A stretch of 64,000 nucleotides of DNA from an uncultured Verrucomicrobiae bacterium (GCA_963836755.1 CAWIKF010000002.1:480001-544000), one strand, 5' to 3'. Shown: positions 1-10,620, counted from the first letter of the stretch. Numbers and translations are program-made. The notes: generated from the letters alone by a model not told the origin.

Positions 1-2
1 AC

Positions 3-611
3 GTCGGGATTTTTGCCTATCCGGTGTTGATGGCGATCGATATTTTGATCTACGACAGCGACATCGTGCCGGTCGGTCGGGATCAAAAGCAGCATGTCGA
101 GATCACGCGCGATCTCGCGGTGAAGTTCAACCAGTCGTTCGGCGAAATTTTCAAGGTTCCAGAGCCGAGCATCCTGCCTGATGTCGAGACGATTCCGGGG
201 CTCGATGGCCAAAAGATGAGTAAAAGTTACGACAATACGATCGGACTTTTTTTGGAGGAAAAAGCGTTGCGGAAAAAAATCATGAGCATTGTCACGGACT
301 CGACTCCTGTCGATGAGCCGAAGGATCCGACAAAGTCCGCAATCGTCGACCTTTACCGCCTTTTCGCTGCGCCAGCAGATGTTATACAAATGGAGACACA
401 GTTTCGCGCCGGGGGCATCGGCTATGGCGACTTTAAAAAGCGACTTTTCGAAGCGATTCGCGACTATTTCGCGCCGATGCGTGAGCGTCGTGCGGAGCTT
501 GAGGCCGACCCTCACCTCCTCGATGAAGTGCTTTCGCAGGGCGCGTTGCGGGCGAACGAGTTGGCTGATGCGATGCTTGTTCGCGTGCGCGCGGCGGTCG
601 GGCTTGATTAG
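3..611 (+). CDS. trpS: Tryptophanyl-tRNA synthetase, C-terminal part (5' truncated by window)
   Basis: Frame is open from base 3 (VGIFAYPVLMAIDIL). Contains VPVGRDQKQHVE, class I KMSKS motif and GYGDFKK. Confidence 0.96.
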   Translation, partial: VGIFAYPVLMAIDILIYDSDIVPVGRDQKQHVEITRDLAVKFNQSFGEIFKVPEPSILPDVETIPGLDGQKMSKSYDNTIGLFLEEKALRKKIMSIVTDSTPVDEPKDPTKSAIVDLYRLFAAPADVIQMETQFRAGGIGYGDFKKRLFEAIRDYFAPMRERRAELEADPHLLDEVLSQGALRANELADAMLVRVRAAVGLD

Positions 612-704
612 GAGCGGAGCGCGAAAGTTCCGCGCTAAAAAAGAATGTTCGATTTATGGCTTGCACGGCTTTTCGGTTGAAGGTTTATTACAACGGCCTC
701 AAAT

Positions 705-723
705 AGTCAGGGAATCCCTGACT
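705..723. promoter_or_regulatory. Perfect 9-1-9 inverted repeat, candidate operator
   Basis: AGTCAGGGA-A-TCCCTGACT, 22 nt upstream of the ATG at 746. Confidence 0.4.
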
Positions 724-745
724 CGGGATAGTAATAAATGTGTAT

Positions 746-982
746 ATGATAAATCAGAATTCAGGAGAAAGACCTGGGACAGACCCTCTGGCCTCCGAAA
801 AAGTGACAATCGACCGGAAGATGTTCTTTCTCGATCTCAAAGAAAATCAGCGGGGCCGCTTTTTAAAAATCACCGAGGATGTGGGCGGACGCCGTGACAC
901 GATCATGTTGCCGGCCGAAGCATTTCGAGATTTCGCGGAAGCCTTCGCCCGTCTGGTCGAGTTCGAGCGCAAGCTCGGTTAG
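746..982 (+). CDS. Single PUR-repeat (Pur-alpha/DUF3276-like) ssDNA/RNA-binding protein
   Basis: SEKVTIDRKMFFLDLKENQRGRFLKITE...RDTIMLP matches the PUR repeat pattern. ATG 746 preferred over GTG 740. Confidence 0.85.
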   Translation: MINQNSGERPGTDPLASEKVTIDRKMFFLDLKENQRGRFLKITEDVGGRRDTIMLPAEAFRDFAEAFARLVEFERKLG

Positions 983-1032
983 CACCGGCCAAAACGCTGC
1001 CCGGGCACTCGCTTGGGCGGGCTTCGATTTCC

Positions 1033-2028
1033 TTATTTCAGTTCCGCAAAGAAAAGCCGCCCGGCCGCAGTCTGCAAGGCGCTAGCGATCGTTATACTAA
1101 CAGTTTGGCCGAGCTTTGGGCGCGCGTTGTTAACGACTATCATCGTTCCGTCGGCCAAAAATCCGACCGCTTGGTGCGGCTCCCGCCCTTCCTTCGAAAG
1201 CGTCAATTCGATTTCGTCGCCGATGTCAATCGACGAGCGCAACGCGTTGCTTAGCTCGTTCAAGTTCAGCGTCGTCACGTTTTGAAGGCGTGCGACTTTG
1301 CACAAATTCGAATCGTTCGTCAGCAGCCGCGCTTGTAAAAGTTTCGCGAGATGGATGAGCCGCGCGTCGACCGGCAGATCGTTTTCCACAGTGCTTTCAT
1401 GAATGGTGATCGTGAGGCCGGATTCACTTTGCATCGCGTTGAGGCGGTCTAGGCCGCGACGTCCGCGGTCGCGTTTCAATGGCTCCGCCGAATCCGCGAG
1501 CCGCTGCAATTCATCGAGGACAAATCGCGGCACGATGAGCGAGCAGCCGATGAAGCCGGTGCCGCAGAGCTTTGAAATGCGCGCGTCGATCACGATGTTC
1601 GTGTCGACCAAAAGCGGCGTGTCCTGCACGCTCGATTGCTGAAAGCGGACATACGGAATGATGAGGGAAAATTCGTCGCGATGACTTCGCACCGCGAGCA
1701 TCATTCCGAGATAGCCGAACGTGCAATAGGCCGTGAGCGAGCACACCCATTGCGTCGCCTCGGTCGCGTTTTTCAAGACTTCCGACGCGAGCAGCAGCCG
1801 CGAAAAAAACAGGCCGAGCAGCAGCCCGAAAGTCGCTGAAGAAAAAGTCCGCAGCGTGATCCCTTTCAAAAGCCGGTCGATCAAAACGATGGCCAGCCCG
1901 AATGCCATTCCGATCGCCGCGCCGACGAGCGAAGAGTTGAGCACTTCGCCGCCGACGGCACTGCCGACGAAGCACGCGAAGATTACGAACAGCGTGCGAA
2001 GCAGGTTGAGCGTGCGAAATGGAGTCAC
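1033..2028 (-). CDS. Membrane-anchored PIN/TRAM domain protein (YacL-like)
   Basis: Four N-terminal hydrophobic helices. PIN acidic motifs VDTNIVIDARI, DELQ, TND. TRAM tail GREPHQAVGFLADGTMIVV...QTAAGRLFFA. Confidence 0.88.
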   Translation of the reverse strand: MTPFRTLNLLRTLFVIFACFVGSAVGGEVLNSSLVGAAIGMAFGLAIVLIDRLLKGITLRTFSSATFGLLLGLFFSRLLLASEVLKNATEATQWVCSLTAYCTFGYLGMMLAVRSHRDEFSLIIPYVRFQQSSVQDTPLLVDTNIVIDARISKLCGTGFIGCSLIVPRFVLDELQRLADSAEPLKRDRGRRGLDRLNAMQSESGLTITIHESTVENDLPVDARLIHLAKLLQARLLTNDSNLCKVARLQNVTTLNLNELSNALRSSIDIGDEIELTLSKEGREPHQAVGFLADGTMIVVNNARPKLGQTVSITIASALQTAAGRLFFAELK

Positions 2029-2037
2029 TTTTTTCCG

Positions 2038-2952
2038 CTACCGCGACGGCCGCGCGATTTCATCGGGCCGCGGAGCGCGATCCTTGTAAAACAAAATGCC
2101 TCGCGCGCGCAGATTCGCCACGAGCGCCTTCAAGTTTTCTGCCAGCTCCCGATTATTGAGCAGCAGGCCGATCGCGCCATTGCCGCTTTGCGCTTTCGCC
2201 AGCAGGCTTTGTGCGCTCTCGAGCACTTTTTTCAAATCCTCCGTCGCAGAGTTAATCTTGCCCATCGTCGTCTTCGTCGAATCGACTGCGCCCTGCGCAC
2301 TTTGAACAACGGTGTTTAAATTCTTGGAAATTTCACCGAAGCGTTCGGTCGTCGTTTTCAGGTTCGCAAATGTAGCGGAAATATTTTGCCGATTCGGCTC
2401 ACTGAGAACGTCGCCGTTGATCTTGTCGGTCACTTCCGTGAGCTTTTTGATCTCGATGTTGAGCTGATCAAAAACTTGCTCGCCCTTTTTTTGCAACGCT
2501 TCGAGTCCCGACGCCGTCGAGCCTTCGATTTTTGCACCGGGCGTCCAAACTTCGCTCGGATTGTTCGGATCAAACTTTGCCCGGTCAAAACCGGGATTCG
2601 GAATCACATCGACGTATTTGTCGCCGAGCAATCCGGAGCTGCCGACCTGAAAGGTCGTCTGCCGTGGAATGTGAATGCCGGCGATGATTTTGATCGGCAC
2701 GGTCACGCCGGCTGATGCGGCCGAGATCCGCGGCTTGTCGGCGACGTAGCCGATGCGCGCGCCCGCGAGCTGCACGTCGGAGTTTTTGATGAGCCCGCTC
2801 GCGTTTGGGAAATCGATGGTGAGGTCGTAATATTTTTCAAATCCCTGCCCGATGCGGCCGAATTTGAACGCCATCACGGCGATGAAGGCGAGGCCGATGA
2901 AAACGAAAATGCCGACCTTCAGCTCGAGTGCTTTTTCGCTCTGCTCGCTCAT
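2038..2952 (-). CDS. mlaD: MCE/MlaD family lipid transport protein
   Basis: LKVGIFV TM anchor, ASGLIKNSDVQLAGARIGYV, GLLGDKYVD, helical tail. Confidence 0.88.
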   Translation of the reverse strand: MSEQSEKALELKVGIFVFIGLAFIAVMAFKFGRIGQGFEKYYDLTIDFPNASGLIKNSDVQLAGARIGYVADKPRISAASAGVTVPIKIIAGIHIPRQTTFQVGSSGLLGDKYVDVIPNPGFDRAKFDPNNPSEVWTPGAKIEGSTASGLEALQKKGEQVFDQLNIEIKKLTEVTDKINGDVLSEPNRQNISATFANLKTTTERFGEISKNLNTVVQSAQGAVDSTKTTMGKINSATEDLKKVLESAQSLLAKAQSGNGAIGLLLNNRELAENLKALVANLRARGILFYKDRAPRPDEIARPSR

Positions 2953-3701
2953 TCGGTCTCGCCGGAATGGCCTTCGATGAAATTTCGTATGACCGCGTCC
3001 GGTGAGGCGCGGAGCTCGGCTGGTGTGCCCTTAAAATAGACGCGGCCTTCGTGAAGATACGCGACCTGATCGGCTACGTGAAATGCGCTTTTCATGTCGT
3101 GAGTGACGACGATGGAAGTCACGCGCAACCGCTTTTGCAAGCGTCGAATCAGCCGGTTGATCGAGTCGGCTACGATCGGGTCGAGGCCAGTCGTCGGCTC
3201 ATCGTAAAGGATGCACGAGGGCTCGCTGACGATCGCGCGCGCGAGTCCGACGCGCTTCTTCATTCCGCCGCTCAGATTTTCCGGCATCTTTTTTTGTTCG
3301 CCCGCGAGATCGACGACCTCGAGCGCGCCGGCGACTTTTTCCGCAATGATTTTCGGATCTTTCAAGCCGCCTTCCTTCAAAGGGAAAGCGATGTTTTCCT
3401 CGACGCTCATCGAGTCAAAAAGCGCCGCGCCTTGAAACAGAATCGCGATTTTTTTTCTCACCGCCGCGAGCTTGCGTTCGCTCAAAAGCGCGATGTTCTC
3501 GCTGCCGACGAGCACCTCGCCGGAGGTCGGTTTCATGAGGCCGATGATGTGCTTTAGCAGCACGCTTTTGCCGCCGCCGCTGCGGCCGAGAATGACGAGC
3601 GTCTCGCCCGTCTGCACGTCGAGATCGAAGCCGCGAAGCACCTCCTGTTTGCCGAGCCGCTTGTGCAGATTGCGAATGCTGATGAGCGGCGGAACGGCCA
3701 T
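2949..3701 (-). CDS. mlaF: MlaF-type ABC ATP-binding protein
   Basis: GRSGGGKS, FQGAALFDSM, LSGGMKKRVGLARA, YDEPTTGLDP. Confidence 0.92.
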   Translation of the reverse strand: MAVPPLISIRNLHKRLGKQEVLRGFDLDVQTGETLVILGRSGGGKSVLLKHIIGLMKPTSGEVLVGSENIALLSERKLAAVRKKIAILFQGAALFDSMSVEENIAFPLKEGGLKDPKIIAEKVAGALEVVDLAGEQKKMPENLSGGMKKRVGLARAIVSEPSCILYDEPTTGLDPIVADSINRLIRRLQKRLRVTSIVVTHDMKSAFHVADQVAYLHEGRVYFKGTPAELRASPDAVIRNFIEGHSGETE

Positions 3702-3704
3702 TTT

Positions 3705-4496
3705 TTAAACGCCGCCGGGAAAAATCGCGTTGAGCAAAAGCGAGAGAAAAAAGTTTGTGATCAAGATGGCGAGCGAGCCGATCACGACCGCTTCAGTCGG
3801 CGCGCGGCCGACGCCGACCGCGCCTTCTTTCGCGTTCAAACCTTGATGGCAACTGACGAAAACGATGAGCAGCGAAAAGACGAAACCTTTGCTCAGCGCC
3901 ATTTTGATGTCGCGCGAGCCGGTGAATTTCAGCATGTAATCAAGGTAGTAAGCGCCCTGGATATCGAGCAGATGCACGCCGATGAAATAGCCGGCGACGA
4001 TGCCGAGCCCGACGCATTCGGCGACGAGCAGAGGCGTCGAAAGCATCATCGCGAGCACGCGCGGCACGACGAGATAATCGACCGGATAAACGCCGAGCGC
4101 GCGCAGCGCATCGATCTGCTCTGTCACTTTCATCGTGCCGATTTCCGCGGACATTGCCGCACCGACGCGACCGGCGAGCATCAGCCCGGTGAGCACCGGC
4201 CCGAGCTCGCGAAACATTGAAACCGCGACGACCGCGCCGACTGCGGAATCCATTCCGAGCCGATGAAATTGAAAGTAAGTCTGCGCGGCGAAAACTGCGC
4301 CGGTGAAGCCGCCGGTGACGAGCACGACGAGCTGTGAGCGGTAGCCGACCTCGAGCAATTGGGTGAAAAACAAGCGCCAGCGAATTGGCGCGACGAACAT
4401 TGATTTAAAAGAATCCGCCGCGAGCAAAACCAATTCTCCGAGATAGGAGAAAAACGACAAAAAAGTCCGGCCGAAATACGCGAAGAAGACCGTCAT
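3705..4496 (-). CDS. mlaE: MlaE family ABC permease
   Basis: RELGPVLTGLMLAGRVGAAMSAEIGTMKVTEQIDAL signature. Confidence 0.93.
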   Translation of the reverse strand: MTVFFAYFGRTFLSFFSYLGELVLLAADSFKSMFVAPIRWRLFFTQLLEVGYRSQLVVLVTGGFTGAVFAAQTYFQFHRLGMDSAVGAVVAVSMFRELGPVLTGLMLAGRVGAAMSAEIGTMKVTEQIDALRALGVYPVDYLVVPRVLAMMLSTPLLVAECVGLGIVAGYFIGVHLLDIQGAYYLDYMLKFTGSRDIKMALSKGFVFSLLIVFVSCHQGLNAKEGAVGVGRAPTEAVVIGSLAILITNFFLSLLLNAIFPGGV

Positions 4497-4553
4497 GAGA
4501 ACCGCTAAATTAAGCGGCTCGACTCACCGCGCGCAAGGCTGCGACCGCAAATG

Positions 4554-4817
4554 CTACGTGCGGATTGGCTGCGTTTTGCTCTTTGGATTCATCTCGGCGG
4601 GGATGGAGCCGACGATGCGCGCCTCAAGGCCGAGCTTGCGGAAAATCGCCCTCAATTCCTGAATCGTGTAGGTCGGCTCGTCAAACTCGAGATAAACGAT
4701 GTCGTGGTTGCTATCGACTTTGTAACGCAAGCCGGGCACCGCCTCAAACTCGTGGTCGAGTTCGAGGATTTTGTCGAGGTGCCTCACCCCAGCCGCGTAA
4801 ACTTCTAGTTCGATCAT
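4554..4817 (-). CDS. Hypothetical protein, possible HMA/ferredoxin-like fold without Cys
   Basis: 87-aa ORF from ATG 4817 fills the gap. Alternating strand/helix pattern (IELEVYAAG...[10 protein letters not shown]...IVYLEFD...[14 protein letters not shown]). Confidence 0.6.
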   Translation of the reverse strand: MIELEVYAAGVRHLDKILELDHEFEAVPGLRYKVDSNHDIVYLEFDEPTYTIQELRAIFRKLGLEARIVGSIPAEMNPKSKTQPIRT

Positions 4818-4926
4818 TGCGATTGCCTTTAATAACACCGGCAATCGGCGAGCGTGGCAAACAAAATTTTGCGCGACGGTTGCCCGCTCAAAACTCCTCT
4901 GCTACAAGCCATCACACTTTTTGCCC

Positions 4927-7900
4927 ATGCCGCGCAATCCCGATCTTCACAAAATCCTCCTCATCGGCTCCGGCCCCATCGTGATCGGGCAGGGCTGCGA
5001 GTTCGATTACTCGGGCGTGCAGGCGTGCAAGGCGCTCAAGGAAGAAGGCTACGTGGTCGTGCTGGTGAACTCGAATCCGGCGACGATCATGACCGATCCG
5101 GAATTTGCGGATCGCACTTACATCGAGCCGATCACGCCGGAGGTCGTCGAAAAAATCATCGAGCGCGAAAAACCGGATGCGCTGCTGCCGACACTTGGCG
5201 GGCAGACGGCCCTCAACTGCGCGATGGATCTCGTTGCGAATGGCGCGCTGGAGCGGCATGGCGTGAAATTGATTGGCGCAAATGCCGAGGCGATCCACAA
5301 AGGCGAAGACCGGCAGGCTTTCAAGGACGCGATGCTGAAAATCGGTCTCGACTGCGCGCGGTCGGGCGTGGCGCACACGCTCGAGGAGGCGCGCGAAGTG
5401 GCCGCCGAGATCGGCGCTTTTCCGCTCATCATCCGGCCGGCATTTACGCTCGGCGGCAGCGGCGGCGGCATCGCCTACAATCGCGAGGAATTTGAAACCA
5501 TCGTCGCGCGCGGGATCGATTTGTCACCCGTTAACGAAGTGTTGATCGAGGAATCGCTGCTCGGCTGGAAGGAATTTGAGATGGAAGTCATGCGCGACCG
5601 CGCCGACAACTGCGTGATCGTTTGCTCCATCGAAAACCTCGATCCGATGGGAGTCCACACCGGCGACTCCATCACGGTCGCGCCCGCGCAGACGCTTAGC
5701 GACCGGGAGTATCAGCTCATGCGCGACGCGTCGTTCGCAGTCATCCGCGAGATCGGCGTCGAGACCGGCGGCTCGAACATCCAGTTTGCCGTCAACCCCG
5801 ACAACGGGCGCATGATCGTGATCGAAATGAACCCGCGCGTCTCGCGTTCATCGGCATTGGCGAGCAAGGCAACCGGTTTTCCCATCGCAAAAATCGCGGC
5901 GAAACTCGCCGTCGGTTACACGCTCGATGAGGTAAAAAATGACATCACGCGCGAGACGCCCGCGAGTTTTGAGCCGACGATCGATTACGTCGTTGTCAAA
6001 GTTCCGCGTTTTACTTTTGAAAAATTTCCGACCGCCGATGCGACGCTGACCACGCAGATGAAAAGCGTCGGCGAAGCGATGGCGATCGGCCGCACGTTCA
6101 AGGAAGCGCTGCAAAAAGCGCTGCGAAGTTTGGAAGTGAAACGCTTCGGTTTGATCGGCGACGGCGCGGACAAACCGGTCGATGACGAAACGTTGCGGAC
6201 GAAATTGATCGTGCCGAATGCCGAGCGCATTTTCTTTTTGGCGCAAGCGCTCGAGCGCGGCTGGAGCGTCGAGCAAGTTTTCGAGCTGACGAAAATCGAC
6301 CGGTGGTTTTTAGAAAATATCCGGCAAATCGTCGCTGAAAGTTCTTCGCGGCACGGCGCGTCGGCTCCGCAAATCCTGCGCGCGAAAAAGTTAGGCTTTT
6401 CCGATCGTCAGATCGCAGTCGCTTTTTCAAAAAGCGAAAAAGAAATCCGCGCGGAACGCGTTGGCGCGAAAATTTTGCCGACATACCGCCTCGTCGACAC
6501 ATGCGCGGCGGAGTTCGAGGCTTACACGCCTTATTATTACAGCACCTACGGCGACGAAAACGAACGGCGCGATTCCGGCAAAAAGAAAATCATCATCCTC
6601 GGCGGCGGGCCGAATCGCATTGGGCAGGGGATCGAGTTTGATTATTGCTGCGTCCACGCGGCGTTCGCGCTGAAGGAGCTTGGCTTCGAGACGATCATGG
6701 TCAACTCGAATCCTGAAACCGTTTCCACCGATTACGACACGAGCGACAAACTTTATTTCGAGCCGCTCACGCTCGAGGACGTGCTCAACATCTGCGATCA
6801 GGAAAGCGAAAATCTCTTCGGCGTGATCGTGCAATTCGGCGGCCAGACGCCCCTCAATCTCGCCAATGGTCTCGCCGAAGCCGGCGTGCCAATCATCGGC
6901 ACCAGCCCGCGCAGCATCGAGATCGCCGAGGACCGAAAACTTTTTTCCGCGATGCTAGACAAGCTCGGGCTGCTGCAAACGCCGAGTGGAACAGCCGTTA
7001 ACGAATCGGAAGCCGTCGCCGTCGCCGATCGCATTGGCTATCCGGTGCTCGTGCGTCCGTCGTTCGTGCTCGGCGGACGCGCGATGGAGATCGTTTACAA
7101 AGAAGACGACCTGCGCCGTTACATTCGCAACGCCGTCGAGGCCAGTCCGGAGCGTCCGATCCTGGTCGATCGGTTTTTGGAAGACGCCGCCGAAGTCGAT
7201 GTGGATTGCATCAGCGACGGCGAGACGGTCGTCATCGGCGCGATCATGGAGCACATCGAGCAGGCTGGCATTCACAGCGGCGACAGCGCGTGCGTGATTC
7301 CGGCTTTCAGTCTGTCGGAGAATGTTAAACAAACCATCGCGACTGCGACGAAAGCGATGGCGCGCGAGCTAAACGTCCGCGGCCTGATGAACGTGCAATT
7401 TGCCGTCAAAGACGAACGCGTTTACGTGCTCGAAGTCAACCCACGCGCATCGCGCACCGTGCCGTTCGTCAGCAAAGCGATCGGCAAACCGCTCGCGAAA
7501 TTGGCGGCAAAAATCATGGCCGGCGAAACTTTGCGCGACCTCGGCTTCACCGCGGAAATCATCCCGCCGCATTTTTGCGTGAAGGAAGCGGTGTTTCCAT
7601 TCATTCGCTTTCCCGGCGTCGATATCGCGCTTGGCCCCGAGATGAAATCGACCGGCGAAGTCATGGGCATCGACGCTGATCTCGGCCTCGCCTACGCGAA
7701 AGCGCAGATGGCCGCGCAGCCGCCGCTGCCGCTCGCGGGCAACGTTTTCATCTCGGTCAAAGATTCGCAAAAGCCGGAAGTCGCCGCACTCGCTCGCGAA
7801 ATTGTTGCGCTCGGTTTCAAAATTTACGCAACCAGCGGCACGGCGGACGCGATCGCGGCGACTGGGACGGATGTTAAACGTCTCTTTAAACTTTCGGAAG

Positions 7901-8136
7901 GCCGCCCGCACGTGCTCGACATGATCAAAAATGGCGAAATCGCTTTCATCATCAACACGCCTGCCGGCAAAACTCCGCGGCAGGATGAGGTGAAAATTCG
8001 CACCACCGCCGTCGCCGCGCGCATCCCGATCATGACCACGCTCCGCGCAGCGCGCGCGAGCATCAATGGCATCCGATCCTTGCTGCAGCACGGTTTGCAC
8101 GTGAAGGCGCTGCAGGAATATCACGCGCGATCGTGA
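4927..8136 (+). CDS. carB: Carbamoyl-phosphate synthase large subunit
   Basis: [17 protein letters not shown], duplicated ATP-grasp halves, [16 protein letters not shown]-terminal MGS domain. Confidence 0.98.
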   Translation: MPRNPDLHKILLIGSGPIVIGQGCEFDYSGVQACKALKEEGYVVVLVNSNPATIMTDPEFADRTYIEPITPEVVEKIIEREKPDALLPTLGGQTALNCAMDLVANGALERHGVKLIGANAEAIHKGEDRQAFKDAMLKIGLDCARSGVAHTLEEAREVAAEIGAFPLIIRPAFTLGGSGGGIAYNREEFETIVARGIDLSPVNEVLIEESLLGWKEFEMEVMRDRADNCVIVCSIENLDPMGVHTGDSITVAPAQTLSDREYQLMRDASFAVIREIGVETGGSNIQFAVNPDNGRMIVIEMNPRVSRSSALASKATGFPIAKIAAKLAVGYTLDEVKNDITRETPASFEPTIDYVVVKVPRFTFEKFPTADATLTTQMKSVGEAMAIGRTFKEALQKALRSLEVKRFGLIGDGADKPVDDETLRTKLIVPNAERIFFLAQALERGWSVEQVFELTKIDRWFLENIRQIVAESSSRHGASAPQILRAKKLGFSDRQIAVAFSKSEKEIRAERVGAKILPTYRLVDTCAAEFEAYTPYYYSTYGDENERRDSGKKKIIILGGGPNRIGQGIEFDYCCVHAAFALKELGFETIMVNSNPETVSTDYDTSDKLYFEPLTLEDVLNICDQESENLFGVIVQFGGQTPLNLANGLAEAGVPIIGTSPRSIEIAEDRKLFSAMLDKLGLLQTPSGTAVNESEAVAVADRIGYPVLVRPSFVLGGRAMEIVYKEDDLRRYIRNAVEASPERPILVDRFLEDAAEVDVDCISDGETVVIGAIMEHIEQAGIHSGDSACVIPAFSLSENVKQTIATATKAMARELNVRGLMNVQFAVKDERVYVLEVNPRASRTVPFVSKAIGKPLAKLAAKIMAGETLRDLGFTAEIIPPHFCVKEAVFPFIRFPGVDIALGPEMKSTGEVMGIDADLGLAYAKAQMAAQPPLPLAGNVFISVKDSQKPEVAALAREIVALGFKIYATSGTADAIAATGTDVKRLFKLSEGRPHVLDMIKNGEIAFIINTPAGKTPRQDEVKIRTTAVAARIPIMTTLRAARASINGIRSLLQHGLHVKALQEYHARS

Positions 8137-8195
8137 AAACGCCGCGTCGGATTTTTGGTGTTTGTTTCAGCCGTGAGCGGGATTAATTTTGTCGC

Positions 8196-8402
8196 ATGAG
8201 CGATCACGTTTACAAAAAAATCGAGCTCGTTGGCTCTTCGCCGAACAGCATCGAGGAGGCCGTCAAAAATGCCGTGGAACGCGCGTCAAAGTCGCTGCGG
8301 AACTTGCGCTGGTTTGAAGTCGTCGAGACACGCGGCCACATCGAAGACGGCAAGGTCGCGCATTGGCAGGTGACGATTCAGGTCGGCTTCACGCTCGACT
8401 GA
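8196..8402 (+). CDS. Dodecin (flavin-binding)
   Basis: [12 protein letters not shown]...[16 protein letters not shown]...[11 protein letters not shown]. Confidence 0.95.
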   Translation: MSDHVYKKIELVGSSPNSIEEAVKNAVERASKSLRNLRWFEVVETRGHIEDGKVAHWQVTIQVGFTLD

Positions 8403-8427
8403 CGCGGCGTTTTCGCCGGCGGTCGCG

Positions 8428-9033
8428 CTAGATTTTTTCGCGAATGCCGCGCACGGAATCGTAGAGTTTGCGCAGGCCGAGCTCGAGGCGCGTCTTGATG
8501 GTGCCGAGTGGTGTGTCGGTGGCGACGGCGATTTCCCGCTGGCTCATGCCTTTGAAAAACGCGAGCTCGATCGCCTCTTTTTGAAACGGCGGCAGCGCGT
8601 CGATGCGCATGCGGAGAAAACTTCGCAGATCCTCGTGCTCGATGTCGCTGTCGATGCGATTGTGCAGCCACGCATCGGGCTGCTGCTCGCTGTGCGCCTC
8701 GAGCCGCTCGGTCGCGCGATGATATGCCTGGCGCTTGCGCAGCCGGTCGATCGCGCGGCGGCGCGTGAGTGTGACGATCCAGCCGAGCGCCTGGCCTTTT
8801 TTCGGCGAATAATTTTTCGCCTGCCGCCAGATTTGCATGAAGATTTCCTGCAATAAATCCTCCGCCTCCGCCTCGTCGTGCACGACGCGGATGATGAGCG
8901 CTTTGAGGATGCCGCTGTAGCGATCGTAAAGTTGCGCGAGCGCTCGCGGCTGGCGCTGCGCGATGGCTCGCATGATCTTCGTGTCATCCTTTGCGGTGGC
9001 TTCGGACGGTTCGGTTAGGACGGCGGTTTTCAT
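8428..9033 (-). CDS. ECF-type sigma-70 factor (SigK-like)
   Basis: ALAQLYDRY, AEDLLQEIFMQIW, RRRAIDRLR, GMSQREIA..TPLGTIKTR. Start taken at ATG 9033. Confidence 0.92.
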   Translation of the reverse strand: MKTAVLTEPSEATAKDDTKIMRAIAQRQPRALAQLYDRYSGILKALIIRVVHDEAEAEDLLQEIFMQIWRQAKNYSPKKGQALGWIVTLTRRRAIDRLRKRQAYHRATERLEAHSEQQPDAWLHNRIDSDIEHEDLRSFLRMRIDALPPFQKEAIELAFFKGMSQREIAVATDTPLGTIKTRLELGLRKLYDSVRGIREKI

Positions 9034-9037
9034 CGGG

Positions 9038-9388
9038 TTAATTAGGAAGGTTGTTGTTGGATTGAGTGCGAAGAGTTCCTTGCTCGGGCTCGCCATCGGC
9101 GGAGTCGGCGAGAATGTGCGACCAATCGCGCCACGTCTCGTCGTCGAGCAGCGGATTGCCGATCGCGACCCATTCGCGAGGCGTCGAGGAACAATGTTCA
9201 GTGGGGCAATGCGGCTTCAGTTCGCCGTGGCGGCCGGTGGTGAAGCGCACTTGATGGCCGGTAAACTTTTCCTCGCAGAGAATGCAACGGCGCGTTTCGT
9301 CGAGGCTCGTCCACGAGTGGTGCGCGTCGGTTGCGCAAAGGCATTCCAAGCGGTCCGCCGCGGTGTGCATGGGTTTAGTTTTACTCAT
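9038..9388 (-). CDS. Hypothetical Cys-rich (probable Zn-binding) protein
   Basis: CILC and CPTEHC pairs. Ends 4 nt before the sigma start. Start uncertain (9388 or 9370). Confidence 0.6.
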   Translation of the reverse strand: MSKTKPMHTAADRLECLCATDAHHSWTSLDETRRCILCEEKFTGHQVRFTTGRHGELKPHCPTEHCSSTPREWVAIGNPLLDDETWRDWSHILADSADGEPEQGTLRTQSNNNLPN

Positions 9389-9648
9389 CCGCTGTCCACC
9401 ATCATCCGGGCAGCCGCGCACGCGCACAATCGGCGGGAAGTCCGACGCGTGGCTCGGGATTCAGCCTACGGGCCGACGCAGCCTTTCCGCCAGATTGCAC
9501 GCAAAAGCGGCTGCGGCTGTGCGGCTTTTCGCTTCAGTGCACTTGCCAAAATCACAAACGCTGCGGATCAAAGTTTGCGCTTGGATTTCTCGAGAGCGCG
9601 CAGTATTTGCTTCTCAGCATCGTTCGCTTTTTCCCCCGCTGCATCTTT

Positions 9649-10620
9649 ATGAAATCGACCCCGCTCGCACTTTTCACCTCGCTCTGTTTTTTGCTGCTCG
9701 CCGGCTGTGGCAAGGCGCCGGAAAATGGTTCGCAGTCGAAGGGCGGCGGACAGTTGACGATCGCGGCGATCCCGAAGGCGACGACGCATTCCTATTGGAA
9801 AGCGGCGCAGGCGGGCGCGGAGCGGGCGGCGAAGGAAATGGATGTGCATCTGGAATGGCAGGGGCCGCTCGATGACTCGAAAATCTCGGACCAAATCGGC
9901 ATCCTGAACAATCTCGCGGCGTCGGGCGTGGATGGAATTTTGCTCGCGCCGTGCGATGACAAGGCGCTCGCGCCGCATGTGCGGAACATCACCAAGCGCG
10001 GCATCCCAGTCGCGATCTTCGACTCGCCGCTCGACGGCAAGCAGGGGACGGATTTCATCAATTTTGTCGCGACGGACAACAAGGCGGCGGGGAAAACCGC
10101 GGCGGAAACTTTGGAGAAATTGGTCGGCGACAGTCCGACGTATGGCGGCAAAGTTTTGATGATCCGCTTCACGGAAGGCTCGGCGAGCACACGACTGCGC
10201 GAGGAAGGATTTACGGAGAAATTGAAGGCCGATGGGAAATTGAAGATCGAGTCGGAGCAATTCACCGATGGCTCGATGGCAGGCGCGCAACGCGTCGCGG
10301 AGGCGCTGCTGAATAATTATGTGAAGGACAACAAGCTCGAGCTCGACGGAATTTTTGCGTCGAATCAGCCGACGGCGGAAGGAACTTACAACGCGGTGAA
10401 ATCGCTCAAGGACAAAGGCATCGAAGTGAAAACAAAGTTTGTCGGCTTTGACGATTCCGAGCTGCTGCAGCAGGGCTTGCAAAACGGGGTCATTCAATCG
10501 CTTGTCGTGCAGGACCCGGAGAAAATGGGCTACCTCGGCGTCAAATCCGTCGTCGAATTCATCCGCAAAAAACCGGTGCAGGCTTACGTCGACACGGGCG
10601 TGACCGTGAAGGCGAAGTAG
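9649..10620 (+). CDS. Sugar ABC transporter substrate-binding lipoprotein (RbsB-like)
   Basis: Lipobox LAGC, IPKATTHSYWKA, VATDNKAAG, VGFD, VVQDPEKMGYLGV. Confidence 0.92.
   Translation: MKSTPLALFTSLCFLLLAGCGKAPENGSQSKGGGQLTIAAIPKATTHSYWKAAQAGAERAAKEMDVHLEWQGPLDDSKISDQIGILNNLAASGVDGILLAPCDDKALAPHVRNITKRGIPVAIFDSPLDGKQGTDFINFVATDNKAAGKTAAETLEKLVGDSPTYGGKVLMIRFTEGSASTRLREEGFTEKLKADGKLKIESEQFTDGSMAGAQRVAEALLNNYVKDNKLELDGIFASNQPTAEGTYNAVKSLKDKGIEVKTKFVGFDDSELLQQGLQNGVIQSLVVQDPEKMGYLGVKSVVEFIRKKPVQAYVDTGVTVKAK

Noticed and set aside
614..643. Hairpin after trpS (GCGGAGC-GCGAAA-GTTCCGC)
   Set aside because: Followed by an A-run rather than a U-run, so not called as an intrinsic terminator.
289..897. 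202-aa ORF bridging trpS and the PUR gene
   Set aside because: Out-of-frame overlap with two recognisable genes, with no domain signal and no frameshift evidence.
999..1018. GC hairpin between the convergent PUR and PIN/TRAM genes
   Set aside because: Needs two G-U pairs and lacks a directly adjacent U-tract; too weak to call.
4927..8136. carB without an adjacent carA
   Set aside because: Separated carA and carB are common, and the protein is full length.
9389..9648. Longest intergenic region as a possible riboswitch or sRNA
   Set aside because: Only a weak AAAAGC...GCTTTT inverted repeat; consistent with divergent promoters, and no RNA family recognised.
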